NCBI GenBank assembly: GCA_049516875.1
Contig: JBEKSS010000002.1
Location: forward strand, 64,001-128,000
Direction of reading: 5' to 3'
Length of the DNA: 64,000 nt
Source: Candidatus Bathyarchaeia archaeon
GTDB lineage: Archaea > Thermoproteota > Bathyarchaeia > Bathyarchaeales > Bathycorpusculaceae
Both the position numbers and the translations under genes were made by a program. The notes under the pieces are model-generated. The model worked only from the letters and a program-made list of their open reading frames with translations, did not search any database and was not told the DNA's origin. The first letter of the stretch is position 1. Every line of letters begins with the position of its first letter. Positions 51,170 to 60,238 of this stretch are shown one piece after another.

Positions 51170-51628
51170 CTATTGTGTTGCTGTGATGGTTATGTCGAAG
51201 CTGAAGGTTGTGATGCCGGTGATGCTTGATGAAACCGTAAGGCTCAGCACGGCCTGGACAGATGCGCCCACTGCAAGCACGTAACCAGCCCTGTTCCAAG
51301 TCAGCGTGAAGTAGCTTGAAGCCGAACTTGGGTTCCAGTTGCCCGCACTTATGCTTAACGTGACTGGCACGTTGCCCTCGTTCTTCAGGTAAATCGTCGC
51401 CGTTGACGTCCCGCCGGCATTCAATGTTCCCCAACTGACGCTCGATAGCGCGGATGTACATCCGCTGTCTGAGTACACGCCCAGCTGCACCGATGGCGGC
51501 GTGACGACTGCGATGTTGCCCGTGTTCGAGACTGTGCGAGTCGCAACTAATGAGCCCACCGCGCTAGTGACTAGGGCCATAACCGCTAATACTAGGACCG
51601 TTCCCATGGTTGCTTTTTGCATAGCCAT
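51170..51628 (-). CDS. Small secreted Ser/Thr-rich beta-sandwich protein
   Basis: Signal peptide, VSNTGNI, SWGTL, YLKNEGN, FSFDITI. Confidence 0.75.
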   Translation of the reverse strand: MAMQKATMGTVLVLAVMALVTSAVGSLVATRTVSNTGNIAVVTPPSVQLGVYSDSGCTSALSSVSWGTLNAGGTSTATIYLKNEGNVPVTLSISAGNWNPSSASSYFTLTWNRAGYVLAVGASVQAVLSLTVSSSITGITTFSFDITITATQ

Positions 51629-51869
51629 AATCTTTCACTAAGACAAACAGGGTAATCTGAAGTCTTAATAAACATTATTGTCCACACAAACAACACAAAT
51701 ACACATCACAAAACATACACACAACCAAAAACATGCAAAAACAACCCCAAAAACCACAATAATGTACAACACACCACAAAACACATCCCAACTACTTATC
51801 CCAACTTCATAAAAGCTTTAACTAAGCATAACACGAGTCAACCGTCCGACCTCCAAAAAAAGGCCGTAC

Positions 51870-52076
51870 GTGGTCAACTCTATGCGCAACAGAACAATCA
51901 GGCTACTGTTCCTGCCAATCGCAATACTCCTCTGGATAATCGGATGGACCATGCTCTGGGCAGGCACCCGCAAAGAGCAAAAAACTCAACAAACCCAAGC
52001 CGAAACCGCCGCAGAAAACGAGTCCATAACCATAATACCTATGATATCTGAAGAACAAGAACAATGCGAAGCCTAA
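51870..52076 (+). CDS. Small single-TM protein, paralog of 2680-2883
   Basis: LLWIIGWTMLWAG motif and acidic tail. Confidence 0.75.
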   Translation: MVNSMRNRTIRLLFLPIAILLWIIGWTMLWAGTRKEQKTQQTQAETAAENESITIIPMISEEQEQCEA

Positions 52077-52174
52077 CCGGCGCGCGTTCGATCGATCACA
52101 CAAACAGCTAAATCACAAAAACCGTTAAATATGTTCTAACCCTCTTGAGCAAAGCCTGAAAGGATGGAAAGACC

Positions 52175-53803
52175 ATGGAAAAAGCGCTGGAGATGGGCAA
52201 GACCTCAGCCACTGGAAGCTTCCAGCTGCTCATAGGCGTAGCCTCATCCACCATAATAATGGCCGTCGGAACAATAATCCTGACGAGGCTCTTGGGGAAC
52301 GGCAATTACGGCTTGTACGTTTTGGCTATGGCTCCCAGCGTCACGATAAACCTTTTTCGAGACTGGGGAGTCAACAGCGCCATGACCAAGTACGTGGCCA
52401 GGCTTCGAGCCGAAAACAAGGAACTGGAAACCTGCGACGTGGTCGCCGCCGGGATGGCCTTCGAAGTTGCTACCGGCGTGGCCCTGTCCTTCCTGTCCTT
52501 CGTTCTGGCAGGATTCTTCGCATCAATCCTCAAGAGACCCGAGATTTACCCGTTCATATCAATCATGTCCCTCACGATACTCTCAGGTTCACTGCTAGCG
52601 GCCGCGCAATCCTGCTTCATCGGCTACGAAAGAATGAACCTAAACAGCTTCACAGTAATCTGTCAAGCCATCGTCAAAACCGCTGTTGGCCCCGTCTTGG
52701 TTCTCCTCGGATACGGAATCCTCGGCGCCACGCTCGGCTTAACTCTGTCCTTCGTCGCGGCAGGAGTAATCGGAGTCGCCACACTCTACCTCATCCTTTA
52801 CAGGCCCCTCAGCAAACGCAGAAAAGCCAAGCGCAGCATTGTCGAAACCCTGAAACCAATGCTAAGATACGGCGTACCGCTCAACATATCCGGCATCCTG
52901 CTAGGCCTGCTAGGCCAGCTCTACACTCTGTTGATGGGCATCTACATCCCCAACACAGCCGCAGGAAACGGATTGATAGGCAACTACGGCGTTGCGGTTA
53001 ACTTCACCGTGCTTCTAACGTTCTTCACCCTCCCAATCGGAACCGTCCTGTTTCCCGCTTTTGCGAAGCTCGACTCGCAGAACGAGCATGAACTACTCAA
53101 GACAGTCTTCGCATCCTCCGTCAAATACACCGCGATACTCCTCATACCCGCAACGATGGCCGTGATGGCCCTTTCAACCCCGATAGTCAACACGCTGTTC
53201 GGCGAAGCATACGCCTACGCACCCTTCTTCCTAACCCTGATAGTCATCACCACCCTGTTCGCAGCCGTGGGCAGCCTCACCCTGAGCAGCTTCCTGACAG
53301 GCCTCGGCGAAACAAAAGTGCTGATGAAACAAGCCGTCCTCACGCTGCTCATCGGCCTGCCCCTAGCATTCCTGCTCATCCCGCCGTTCGGAATACTGGG
53401 GAACATAATCGGAAGCTCTATAGCGGGAATTCCAAGCATGATATGGGGCCTCTACTGGGTGTGGAAACACTACCAAGCCAAAGCCGAACTCCGCTCATCC
53501 GCAAAAATCTCCACAGCCTCAGCCCTCGCCGCCATCGCATCCTTCCTGACCACTACACTTCTGCACACAGCCGCATGGATACAGCTCATCATCGGCCTCG
53601 CCGTCTTCCTAATCATCTACGTACTCGGAGCCCCCCTCATCGGCGCAATATACCAATCCGACATCGACGCCCTACGACACATGTTCTCAAGCCTGGGCAT
53701 CGTCTCAAAAATAATCAACATCCCACTAAAAGCAGCAGAGAAAGCCGCACAGACCAGAGCACGCCACAGGACGCCGGAAGAACCAGAACAACGCGAAGCC
53801 TAG
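52175..53803 (+). CDS. Oligosaccharide flippase (Wzx/MOP family)
   Basis: About 14 TMs, RLLG..NYG, VLFPAFAKL. Confidence 0.88.
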   Translation: MEKALEMGKTSATGSFQLLIGVASSTIIMAVGTIILTRLLGNGNYGLYVLAMAPSVTINLFRDWGVNSAMTKYVARLRAENKELETCDVVAAGMAFEVATGVALSFLSFVLAGFFASILKRPEIYPFISIMSLTILSGSLLAAAQSCFIGYERMNLNSFTVICQAIVKTAVGPVLVLLGYGILGATLGLTLSFVAAGVIGVATLYLILYRPLSKRRKAKRSIVETLKPMLRYGVPLNISGILLGLLGQLYTLLMGIYIPNTAAGNGLIGNYGVAVNFTVLLTFFTLPIGTVLFPAFAKLDSQNEHELLKTVFASSVKYTAILLIPATMAVMALSTPIVNTLFGEAYAYAPFFLTLIVITTLFAAVGSLTLSSFLTGLGETKVLMKQAVLTLLIGLPLAFLLIPPFGILGNIIGSSIAGIPSMIWGLYWVWKHYQAKAELRSSAKISTASALAAIASFLTTTLLHTAAWIQLIIGLAVFLIIYVLGAPLIGAIYQSDIDALRHMFSSLGIVSKIINIPLKAAEKAAQTRARHRTPEEPEQREA

Positions 53804-53857
53804 CTCATAGCCTTAGCGAACCAGTCCATCCTATCGTCAGCCTTTCAGCCCGAACAT

Positions 53858-55117
53858 TTGAAAAAGGGCGGCCGCCGACAGCCAAGGGACAGTATGAAAC
53901 GTTTTTCCCGATTCTTCCAACAACCCGCCTTCCACAACTATGACTGCAGAGACGCTTTAAACGACCCAACCAGATCAGCGGAACACGCCTCCTGGACAAA
54001 TCCTAAATACTATCCTCACTCACAAACCTTCTCAGAACACCACCGTATCAGCCAGAATGCGAGATGCAACAAAGTGATTGAACGCATAATACTTGTCACG
54101 GGTGGAGCCGGCTTCATAGGCAGCCATTTGACCCAAGAGCTGCTAAACCAGGGACACAAAGTAACCATACTCGACAACTTCTCAAACGGAAAAATGAAGA
54201 ACATTCAACACTCGCTGGGCAACCCTTCCCTAGCCATAGTCAAAGAAGACCTAAAAAGACCGAAGAAACTGAGGCAAATCATAAACGCCTCGGACACAAT
54301 CTTCCATCTGGCCGCAAACCCCGAGGTAAAATTGGGCGAAACCGACCCTAAAACGCATTTTGAAGAAAACATCCTCGCAACCTTCAACCTGCTCGAGACC
54401 ATGAGAAAAAGTGGAAAACCAAAAACCCTCGTCTTCACCTCAACATCCACCGTGTACGGAGAAGCCACACAGGTTCCAACAAGAGAAGACTACGCTCCGC
54501 TCATACCCATCTCAACCTACGGCGCCTCAAAACTCGCCTGCGAAGCCCTCATCACAAGCTACGCCCACACGTTCAACCATCGAGCCCTCATCCTGCGCCT
54601 CGCCAACATCATCGGCCCAAGATCAAACCACGGAATCATAGTCGACTTCATCAAAAAAATCAAGGCCAACCCCACAGAACTCACGATACTCGGCGACGGA
54701 AACCAAAAAAAATCCTACATGTACATAACAGACTGCACAAGCGCAATCATCCACCTGACCGAAACCTTCTCCAAAAGCACCCAAAAAACCGACATCTTCA
54801 ACCTGGGCTCCAACGACAAGATAACCGTCACACAAATCGCAAAAACCCTCGCACAACTGATGAACACACCCAACATAGAATACAAGTTCACCGGCGGAGT
54901 CGACGGCGGAAGAGGATGGAAAGGCGACGTCAAAACCATGCAACTATCCATAGACAAACTAGCCAAAACCGGATGGAAACCAAACTACACAAGCAAACAA
55001 GCCGTAAAACTGGCCGCAAAAGCCCTAATCCAAGAAAACACCACACCTCAACAAACCCACGCAAACAGGCCAAACACCAAGAAACAACCAAACCCACAAC
55101 CCCGCACAGCGTTTTGA
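53858..55117 (+). CDS. UDP-glucose 4-epimerase-like
   Basis: VTGGAGFIG, HLAANPEV, YGASK, GRGWKGDV; true start near 54074; stop codon lies inside the repeat element. Confidence 0.9.
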   Translation: MKKGGRRQPRDSMKRFSRFFQQPAFHNYDCRDALNDPTRSAEHASWTNPKYYPHSQTFSEHHRISQNARCNKVIERIILVTGGAGFIGSHLTQELLNQGHKVTILDNFSNGKMKNIQHSLGNPSLAIVKEDLKRPKKLRQIINASDTIFHLAANPEVKLGETDPKTHFEENILATFNLLETMRKSGKPKTLVFTSTSTVYGEATQVPTREDYAPLIPISTYGASKLACEALITSYAHTFNHRALILRLANIIGPRSNHGIIVDFIKKIKANPTELTILGDGNQKKSYMYITDCTSAIIHLTETFSKSTQKTDIFNLGSNDKITVTQIAKTLAQLMNTPNIEYKFTGGVDGGRGWKGDVKTMQLSIDKLAKTGWKPNYTSKQAVKLAAKALIQENTTPQQTHANRPNTKKQPNPQPRTAF

Positions 55118-55160
55118 CACTCAGAAGAATCACGGATTGAGCACTCAAACACAAGGGCTC
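55111..55160 (-). repeat. ~50-bp oriented element, right (inverted) copy
   Basis: Reverse complement is 47/50 identical to 58719-58768. Confidence 0.92.
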
Positions 55161-55253
55161 AAAACCCAGCATACGAGGCGCGCCGTCCGAAACCTAAATG
55201 AAGGCACAGCCTCATTACGTCTGGTATTTTAGCGGAAAACGGAGGATAACAAG

Positions 55254-55910
55254 ATGTTCGCCGTTGGGCACATGGCCTTTGGCTACCTCTCAAGCAAGGC
55301 TTCATCAAGCACGCTCAAAACAAAACTCAACATTCCCATAGTGCTAACCCTGTCAATCCTTCCCGACAGCGACATCCTAGCCCGCGAAATCTTCCCGTCC
55401 CTTCAGCACCGAGGCCCAACACACTCAATCATCACCGCCCTCATCGTTTTCGCGCCCTTCTTCCTCATCTACCGCAAACAGGCAATACCCTACTTCATCG
55501 CCCTAGTCCAACACGGCCTCGTAGGCGACTACATCGCAGGAGGCCGCGTTCAACTCTTGTGGCCCATCACAAACATGTACTTCGGCACAAGCCTAAACAT
55601 TATGAGCCTCACAAACCAAACCCTAGAATGGACGATGTTCCTGGCCGCAACAGTACTCATGCTCAAAATGAAAGACTACAAACCGTTCTTCAAACCCCAA
55701 ACCTCAAACCTACTCCTCATCATCCCAACCCTCACAGTACTGCTGCCAACACTCCTCAGCACCCCCATGGACGTACCACCCATGCTGATACCCCCACACA
55801 TATTCTACCTAATCATCTTCGCAGCAGCCATACTCATCGAGCTGCTCTTCGTAATCTCCCGAACCCTAAAACCCGCGGCTCGCAGCGCATCAAAAGAAGG
55901 AATTGACTAG
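55254..55910 (+). CDS. Membrane metal-dependent hydrolase (YdjM-like)
   Basis: GH, LPDSD, HRGPTHS, H...D motifs. Confidence 0.82.
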   Translation: MFAVGHMAFGYLSSKASSSTLKTKLNIPIVLTLSILPDSDILAREIFPSLQHRGPTHSIITALIVFAPFFLIYRKQAIPYFIALVQHGLVGDYIAGGRVQLLWPITNMYFGTSLNIMSLTNQTLEWTMFLAATVLMLKMKDYKPFFKPQTSNLLLIIPTLTVLLPTLLSTPMDVPPMLIPPHIFYLIIFAAAILIELLFVISRTLKPAARSASKEGID

Positions 55911-57070
55911 CCAGGAGGCGCAGGCCTCGTCCCCAAAACCAGTGACAGCAGCAGCGTTTGATTCCCCCTGGCTATAGTCAGTATCACGGTTTCTTTTGGC
56001 ACTGTGTTCGCTTCAACCCAGCTTTTCATCTCATCTCCGCTTATGGTACGTGTCCCGTTGATGCCGATGATTACATCGTTGACCTGCACGGGCATGGGCG
56101 TTCCGTTGGCGGCAGTTGCGCTAGCAGCTGGGCCATTCTGTACCACAGCGCCGATTAGCCAGCCGTACGTCACGCTGGTGTGCAAATTCTGAGCCGTGTC
56201 GTAATCCATGTCTGTTCCTTGGACGCCCAAGTACGAGTGCGCGTTATAGCTGCTGAATTCAACCAGATCGTATATCTCTTTCTGTATAGTGTTTGAGGGC
56301 ACGGCAAAGCCCAAGCCCTGTGAGTTTTCAACTATCGCCGTGGTTATTCCCACGACGCTGCCATTCCAGTTCAGTAATGGGCCGCCAGAGTTCCCCGGGT
56401 TTATGGGTGTGCTTGTCTGTATTATGTTCGCTATAGCGAACCCTCCAGCAAGATCTTCAGTGATCGTCCTTCCTAACGCACTAACTATTCCCGTGGTCAT
56501 TGAACCGGTCAAGCCGTAAGGGTTGCCTATGGCTACAACAGGGTTGCCGACCTTCAACGATGACGAGTCGACGATTTCAAGCGGTTTGAACTCGCTCTCA
56601 GAAGCACCAGTCACGGAGAGAACGGCCAGGTCTGAGTACGGGTCTGTTCCTTTCACCGTTGCAGCGTACCCGTTTCCATCTGAAAAAGTCACGCTCACTC
56701 CTGTCGCCCCGTGGACAACATGGTTGTTCGTTACCACGATCAACGATCCCGTGAAGTTATAGATGAAGCCTGACCCTTGAACGGTTCCGTTGCTCGTTTT
56801 TCCGCTTATCAGGACGACTGAATCCTTCACCTTGTCGAATATTTCCGTAAAGGCTGTCGTACCGTTCTGGTACACTGTGCCGTTTTGAATGTAGATGTTT
56901 TGGTTTCCTGAAATGCCTGAAACCTTGCCTTCAAGGTTGGAAATGTCATCATTAAGCGTGCCAATCTGCTTATAGAACACGTAAGCAGTTACAATTCCTC
57001 CAAGAATCAACCCGGCCACGAACATCAGGATTAAGATTGAGGAAGAATGCTCTCTTTGGTGTTCAACCAT
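55907..57070 (-). CDS. HtrA/DegP-like serine protease with PDZ domain
   Basis: GSGF, TNNHVV, DLAV, INPGNSGGPL; N-terminal TM. Confidence 0.92.
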   Translation of the reverse strand: MVEHQREHSSSILILMFVAGLILGGIVTAYVFYKQIGTLNDDISNLEGKVSGISGNQNIYIQNGTVYQNGTTAFTEIFDKVKDSVVLISGKTSNGTVQGSGFIYNFTGSLIVVTNNHVVHGATGVSVTFSDGNGYAATVKGTDPYSDLAVLSVTGASESEFKPLEIVDSSSLKVGNPVVAIGNPYGLTGSMTTGIVSALGRTITEDLAGGFAIANIIQTSTPINPGNSGGPLLNWNGSVVGITTAIVENSQGLGFAVPSNTIQKEIYDLVEFSSYNAHSYLGVQGTDMDYDTAQNLHTSVTYGWLIGAVVQNGPAASATAANGTPMPVQVNDVIIGINGTRTISGDEMKSWVEANTVPKETVILTIARGNQTLLLSLVLGTRPAPPG

Positions 57071-57168
57071 CCTGCTTGCCTTCTTCGTAAAATGATTAGG
57101 TGTGTCTCTTAAGAGTTTCCGGCGTATCCAGATTTTGCTAACACGCGTGGATTTTTCAAGCTGTAAAG

Positions 57169-58176
57169 CTATTTTCTTCGGTCAATCAGATCCAGTGCTT
57201 CCGGTCCAGTACCTATGAGGCCGACTGGAACCTGTGTGCGTGCTTCAACTTTTTCCAGGAACTCTTTTGCTTCTTTCGGTAGCTGCTTGTAGGTTCTTAC
57301 GCCTCTGCATTCAGGGAATACACAGTCAAGTTTTGTCACTGCAAGCTGCGTTGCACCGTTGATCACTGCGGCCTTTCTGGCGAGCTCAAAGTTGAACGGA
57401 GCAGAACGTCTGTCTCGGCCTGTTCCAGCGGCAGTTTCGAACCATCCGCGGTTAATAGCTTCGTCTTTCGGTATCTCTCCAGGCAAAGGACCTGTACCTA
57501 CACGCGTGATGAAGGATTTGAAGACCAGCGTGACCTGATCGATTCTGGTGGGCCCTACACCCGCTTCAGAGCATATCGCCGCCGCGCTTGTATCCCTGCC
57601 GGTCACGTAGGGGTAGGTTCCATGATAGAGCGAAAGTAACAGGCCCTGAGTTCCCTCCAGCAACACTTTTTTGCCGGTATCTAAAGCTTGATTTGTCTCC
57701 ATCGCAACGTCCGTAAGATAAGGTTTGAGTTCTGGGATGTCTTTGGCGAGTTTCGCGGTTCTGCGCACGCGCTCTTCGATTGCTGGGCCTACGCCCCAGC
57801 CTGTGGTGCCCAGTCCTTTGAGATGTTCGCTAGCCTTGTCTTGAGCTGAATGTTTTTCTTCGATTATTGAAGCCTGGCTGTCTACGCGTATACGGTTCTT
57901 AACATCTGTTTCCTCGACTTCCTTAAGGAACTGTGCAACGTGAACGTTAGCGCCGGCAGCGATGAGCAGACGGCACTTTCTGCTTACGAAGCAGCCGGGA
58001 ACCATGTGCAATGCGTAACGCTTGCCTTCAAACCAAATCGTGTGAGCAGCATTTACCGAGCCTGTTCTCACGCAGAAATCCGGTTTGTCGTTGAGGGCAA
58101 GGTACGAGATTATCTTCCCCTTGCCCTCGTCCCCCCAAAATCCTCCGGCTACAACTGTGCATGGCATTGTTTTCAC
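57169..58176 (-). CDS. purA: Adenylosuccinate synthetase (short archaeal form)
   Basis: WGDEGKGK, EGTQG, GTYPYVT, TRVG.GP, TKLD. Confidence 0.96.
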   Translation of the reverse strand: MKTMPCTVVAGGFWGDEGKGKIISYLALNDKPDFCVRTGSVNAAHTIWFEGKRYALHMVPGCFVSRKCRLLIAAGANVHVAQFLKEVEETDVKNRIRVDSQASIIEEKHSAQDKASEHLKGLGTTGWGVGPAIEERVRRTAKLAKDIPELKPYLTDVAMETNQALDTGKKVLLEGTQGLLLSLYHGTYPYVTGRDTSAAAICSEAGVGPTRIDQVTLVFKSFITRVGTGPLPGEIPKDEAINRGWFETAAGTGRDRRSAPFNFELARKAAVINGATQLAVTKLDCVFPECRGVRTYKQLPKEAKEFLEKVEARTQVPVGLIGTGPEALDLIDRRK

Positions 58177-58245
58177 CGATCAGAGAATTTGCTTGGTTTT
58201 ATTTAAGAGTGTTTGCCGGTTTAATGTCAAAGGCATGCGGGCGAC

Positions 58246-58650
58246 TCAGACGCGTGCGTTCAGTTTTCGTGTCTCGCTGTCTATTTTTTGCAGGAGTCTT
58301 GTGAGCTTTTCTGCTTTGGATTCGATTTCTTTTTTAGAAACAGTTCCAGCTAGCGGACAGAGGTCATCCACGATTACTCCTTCTTCTTCACTGTAGATGA
58401 TGGGGTAGATCCGACATCCCAGCGGCCTACGATTGTAAGCCCTGCAACGATGTTTCGCGGTTTGGTAGAAAACGCAGTATCCTCGGCTGTTCCGTAATTG
58501 AGCAAAGCCTTGCCTGTTGAAGCGGACGAACTTTTCTCTGTTGTATCCTGCCTTTTCTAAGAGCCTAATGTCAGCCTTCGAGAGCAGCATCTCAGTTTTC
58601 TCGCAGCATATGCCACAGTGTGAGCAGCGCATGAGCACATGCAGATGCAA
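58246..58650 (-). CDS. YkgJ family cysteine-cluster protein
   Basis: CSHCGICC, CVF, C.AY..RPLGCRIYP. Confidence 0.85.
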   Translation of the reverse strand: MHLHVLMRCSHCGICCEKTEMLLSKADIRLLEKAGYNREKFVRFNRQGFAQLRNSRGYCVFYQTAKHRCRAYNRRPLGCRIYPIIYSEEEGVIVDDLCPLAGTVSKKEIESKAEKLTRLLQKIDSETRKLNARV

Positions 58651-58705
58651 ACCTTTCTAATTTGGCTTTTCGGTGGCGCACGTTGATCGAGAAGAGTTGG
58701 GCGTT

Positions 58706-58913
58706 CATGTTGGCGTGTGAGCCCTTGTGTTTGAGTGCTCAATCCGTGATTTCTTTGAGTGTCAAAACATTGTTGAAGCATGTTGGTTCAGTGCTTTTTT
58801 TACTCAATTCTGCGGGGTTTTTGAGTGTCAAAAGTTTTGGGTGTTGGGTTTCTCATGTTGGAGTTGGCGTTCTTGTGTTTGAGTGCTCAATCCGTGATTT
58901 TTTTGAGTGTCAA
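58706..58913 (+). repeat. Three tandem ~74-bp units of the oriented element
   Basis: Units start with catgttgg at 58706, 58779 and 58854; each ends in ttgagtgtcaa; the middle unit is degenerate. Confidence 0.85.
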
Positions 58914-59035
58914 TCTGTTAACTGGTGCTCTCTCTTTTTTTGTGCAATCGTTCTTGTTGTGTCGGCTACCGTGGCTGGTTTTTGTGGTTTGGCGGTGTCT
59001 GGGATTATTCTTCTTTTTCTGGTTTCTGGGCTTGG

Positions 59036-59272
59036 TTATCCGCCTTTAATCAGGTTTAGGTTCAGCAGTTCTGCCCATGCAATGGTTTTCAAGGGTACCT
59101 TTAACGTGTTTCTGTTTCCGCAAGGGACGCAGGTGACGAACCTTTGTCTTTTGAACTCGTCTTTCTGAATCTCTCCTAACTGGACGTTTACGATTACGGA
59201 GCCATCTTTTAGGTGAAGGTTGACGTTCTTTCCGAGGAAGGATCGTGCAGAATTCATGCCGAAACTTTCCAT
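59036..59272 (-). CDS. Small hypothetical (Sm/LSm-like beta) protein
   Basis: FLGKNVNLHLKDGSVIVNV; start probably at MESF. Confidence 0.55.
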   Translation of the reverse strand: MESFGMNSARSFLGKNVNLHLKDGSVIVNVQLGEIQKDEFKRQRFVTCVPCGNRNTLKVPLKTIAWAELLNLNLIKGG

Positions 59273-59583
59273 GTTTTCACCACTCCACATCCTTTTCGGC
59301 GAGTCTGCTCCAGCATCGCCTGCAGATTGGCAGCTTCTCTCCTCTGAACTGGATGTAGACTTCAATGTCATGGTTCTTACATTCTGCGTGCCAAGGGTTC
59401 TTGCAGCTTTCCATGAGAGCACCCCATCAACATTCAGTGACGTGTCGTTTTTGCTTTTAAGCTTCGCCTTCGAACGACACTAGCCTAGGGCGGAGAGAGA
59501 CGAGTTAAAGTGAAAGTCTTTTATGCATTTCGCGGTGAAAGCATGGTGGTTAGCGCATGCGACTTGGAGGGGCTGATTAGTGT

Positions 59584-60015
59584 ATGGGTCTGTTTAATCC
59601 GAACGCTGTCTTTCTTTCAGACGTCAACCTGCTACTTCAATTGGCAATTCTCGTTCTCCTTGTTCTGGGCTTCTCGTTCAAGCGCAGGGGCGTTTATCTG
59701 AAGCATGGCGCAACGATGGGGATTGCTGTTGCATTGCACACGTTCACCATCTTTGCCATTATGGTGCCCTCATTATTGGCGCTGACGGGCTCTTTCGAAA
59801 ACCTGCTTGCTGAGTTGGTGATCTTTTCACACGCAGTCCTCGGAAGTCTGGTGGAATTGCTCGGGCTATACCTCGTCGTAGCATGGGTGTCACATCACCA
59901 GGAAGTCAAAGTCTGCCTCGGAAACAAGAAATTCATGAAGCCCACGATGATCTTGTGGTTGTTAGAGTTGGCACTCGGCATCATTGTCTACATCCTGCTC
60001 TACGTACCGATTTAG
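59584..60015 (+). CDS. DUF420-like membrane protein
   Basis: Four TMs with His residues (KHG..M, SHAVLG). Confidence 0.65.
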   Translation: MGLFNPNAVFLSDVNLLLQLAILVLLVLGFSFKRRGVYLKHGATMGIAVALHTFTIFAIMVPSLLALTGSFENLLAELVIFSHAVLGSLVELLGLYLVVAWVSHHQEVKVCLGNKKFMKPTMILWLLELALGIIVYILLYVPI

Positions 60016-60238
60016 CGACACGAGTCTAAACAGGAAAGCGAGTGTGGAAACGGACACTTTTCATTTTCCCCGAGGCTGGACTGGGCTCTCGCATAAGGTT
60101 CCCAGGAAGGAGGGAATAGGGTATTTTGCGCACCGCGCGAGTTCTTCCGTCTGCTTGAGTTGCTGACATCAATCATATCTTGACAGTCTTTGCTTTTTGA
60201 AAGCAGGCGAGGATTAGGAACCAGACATGCTTTTTTCA

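Noticed and set aside
14067-52097. GATCGATC as Hi-C ligation artefacts
   Set aside because: Disfavoured but not excluded: tracts reach more than four units, co-occur with GC tracts, are confined to the island, sit in frame in intact genes, and join scraps that carry their own stops and frameshifts. Needs read-level confirmation.
55111-55160. CIRCE operator or archaeal ORB
   Set aside because: Lacks the TTAGCACTC-N9-GAGTGCTAA geometry and the TTCCAGTGGAAA/G-string ORB consensus; no cdc6 or hrcA in the window.
2471-55160. Island as an autonomous transposon or provirus
   Set aside because: No transposase, integrase or viral genes, no evident target duplication, and functionally linked rml genes lie outside the left boundary.
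58706-58913. CRISPR array
   Set aside because: Only three units, similarity extends over most of each unit, solo copies exist elsewhere, and there are no cas genes in the window.
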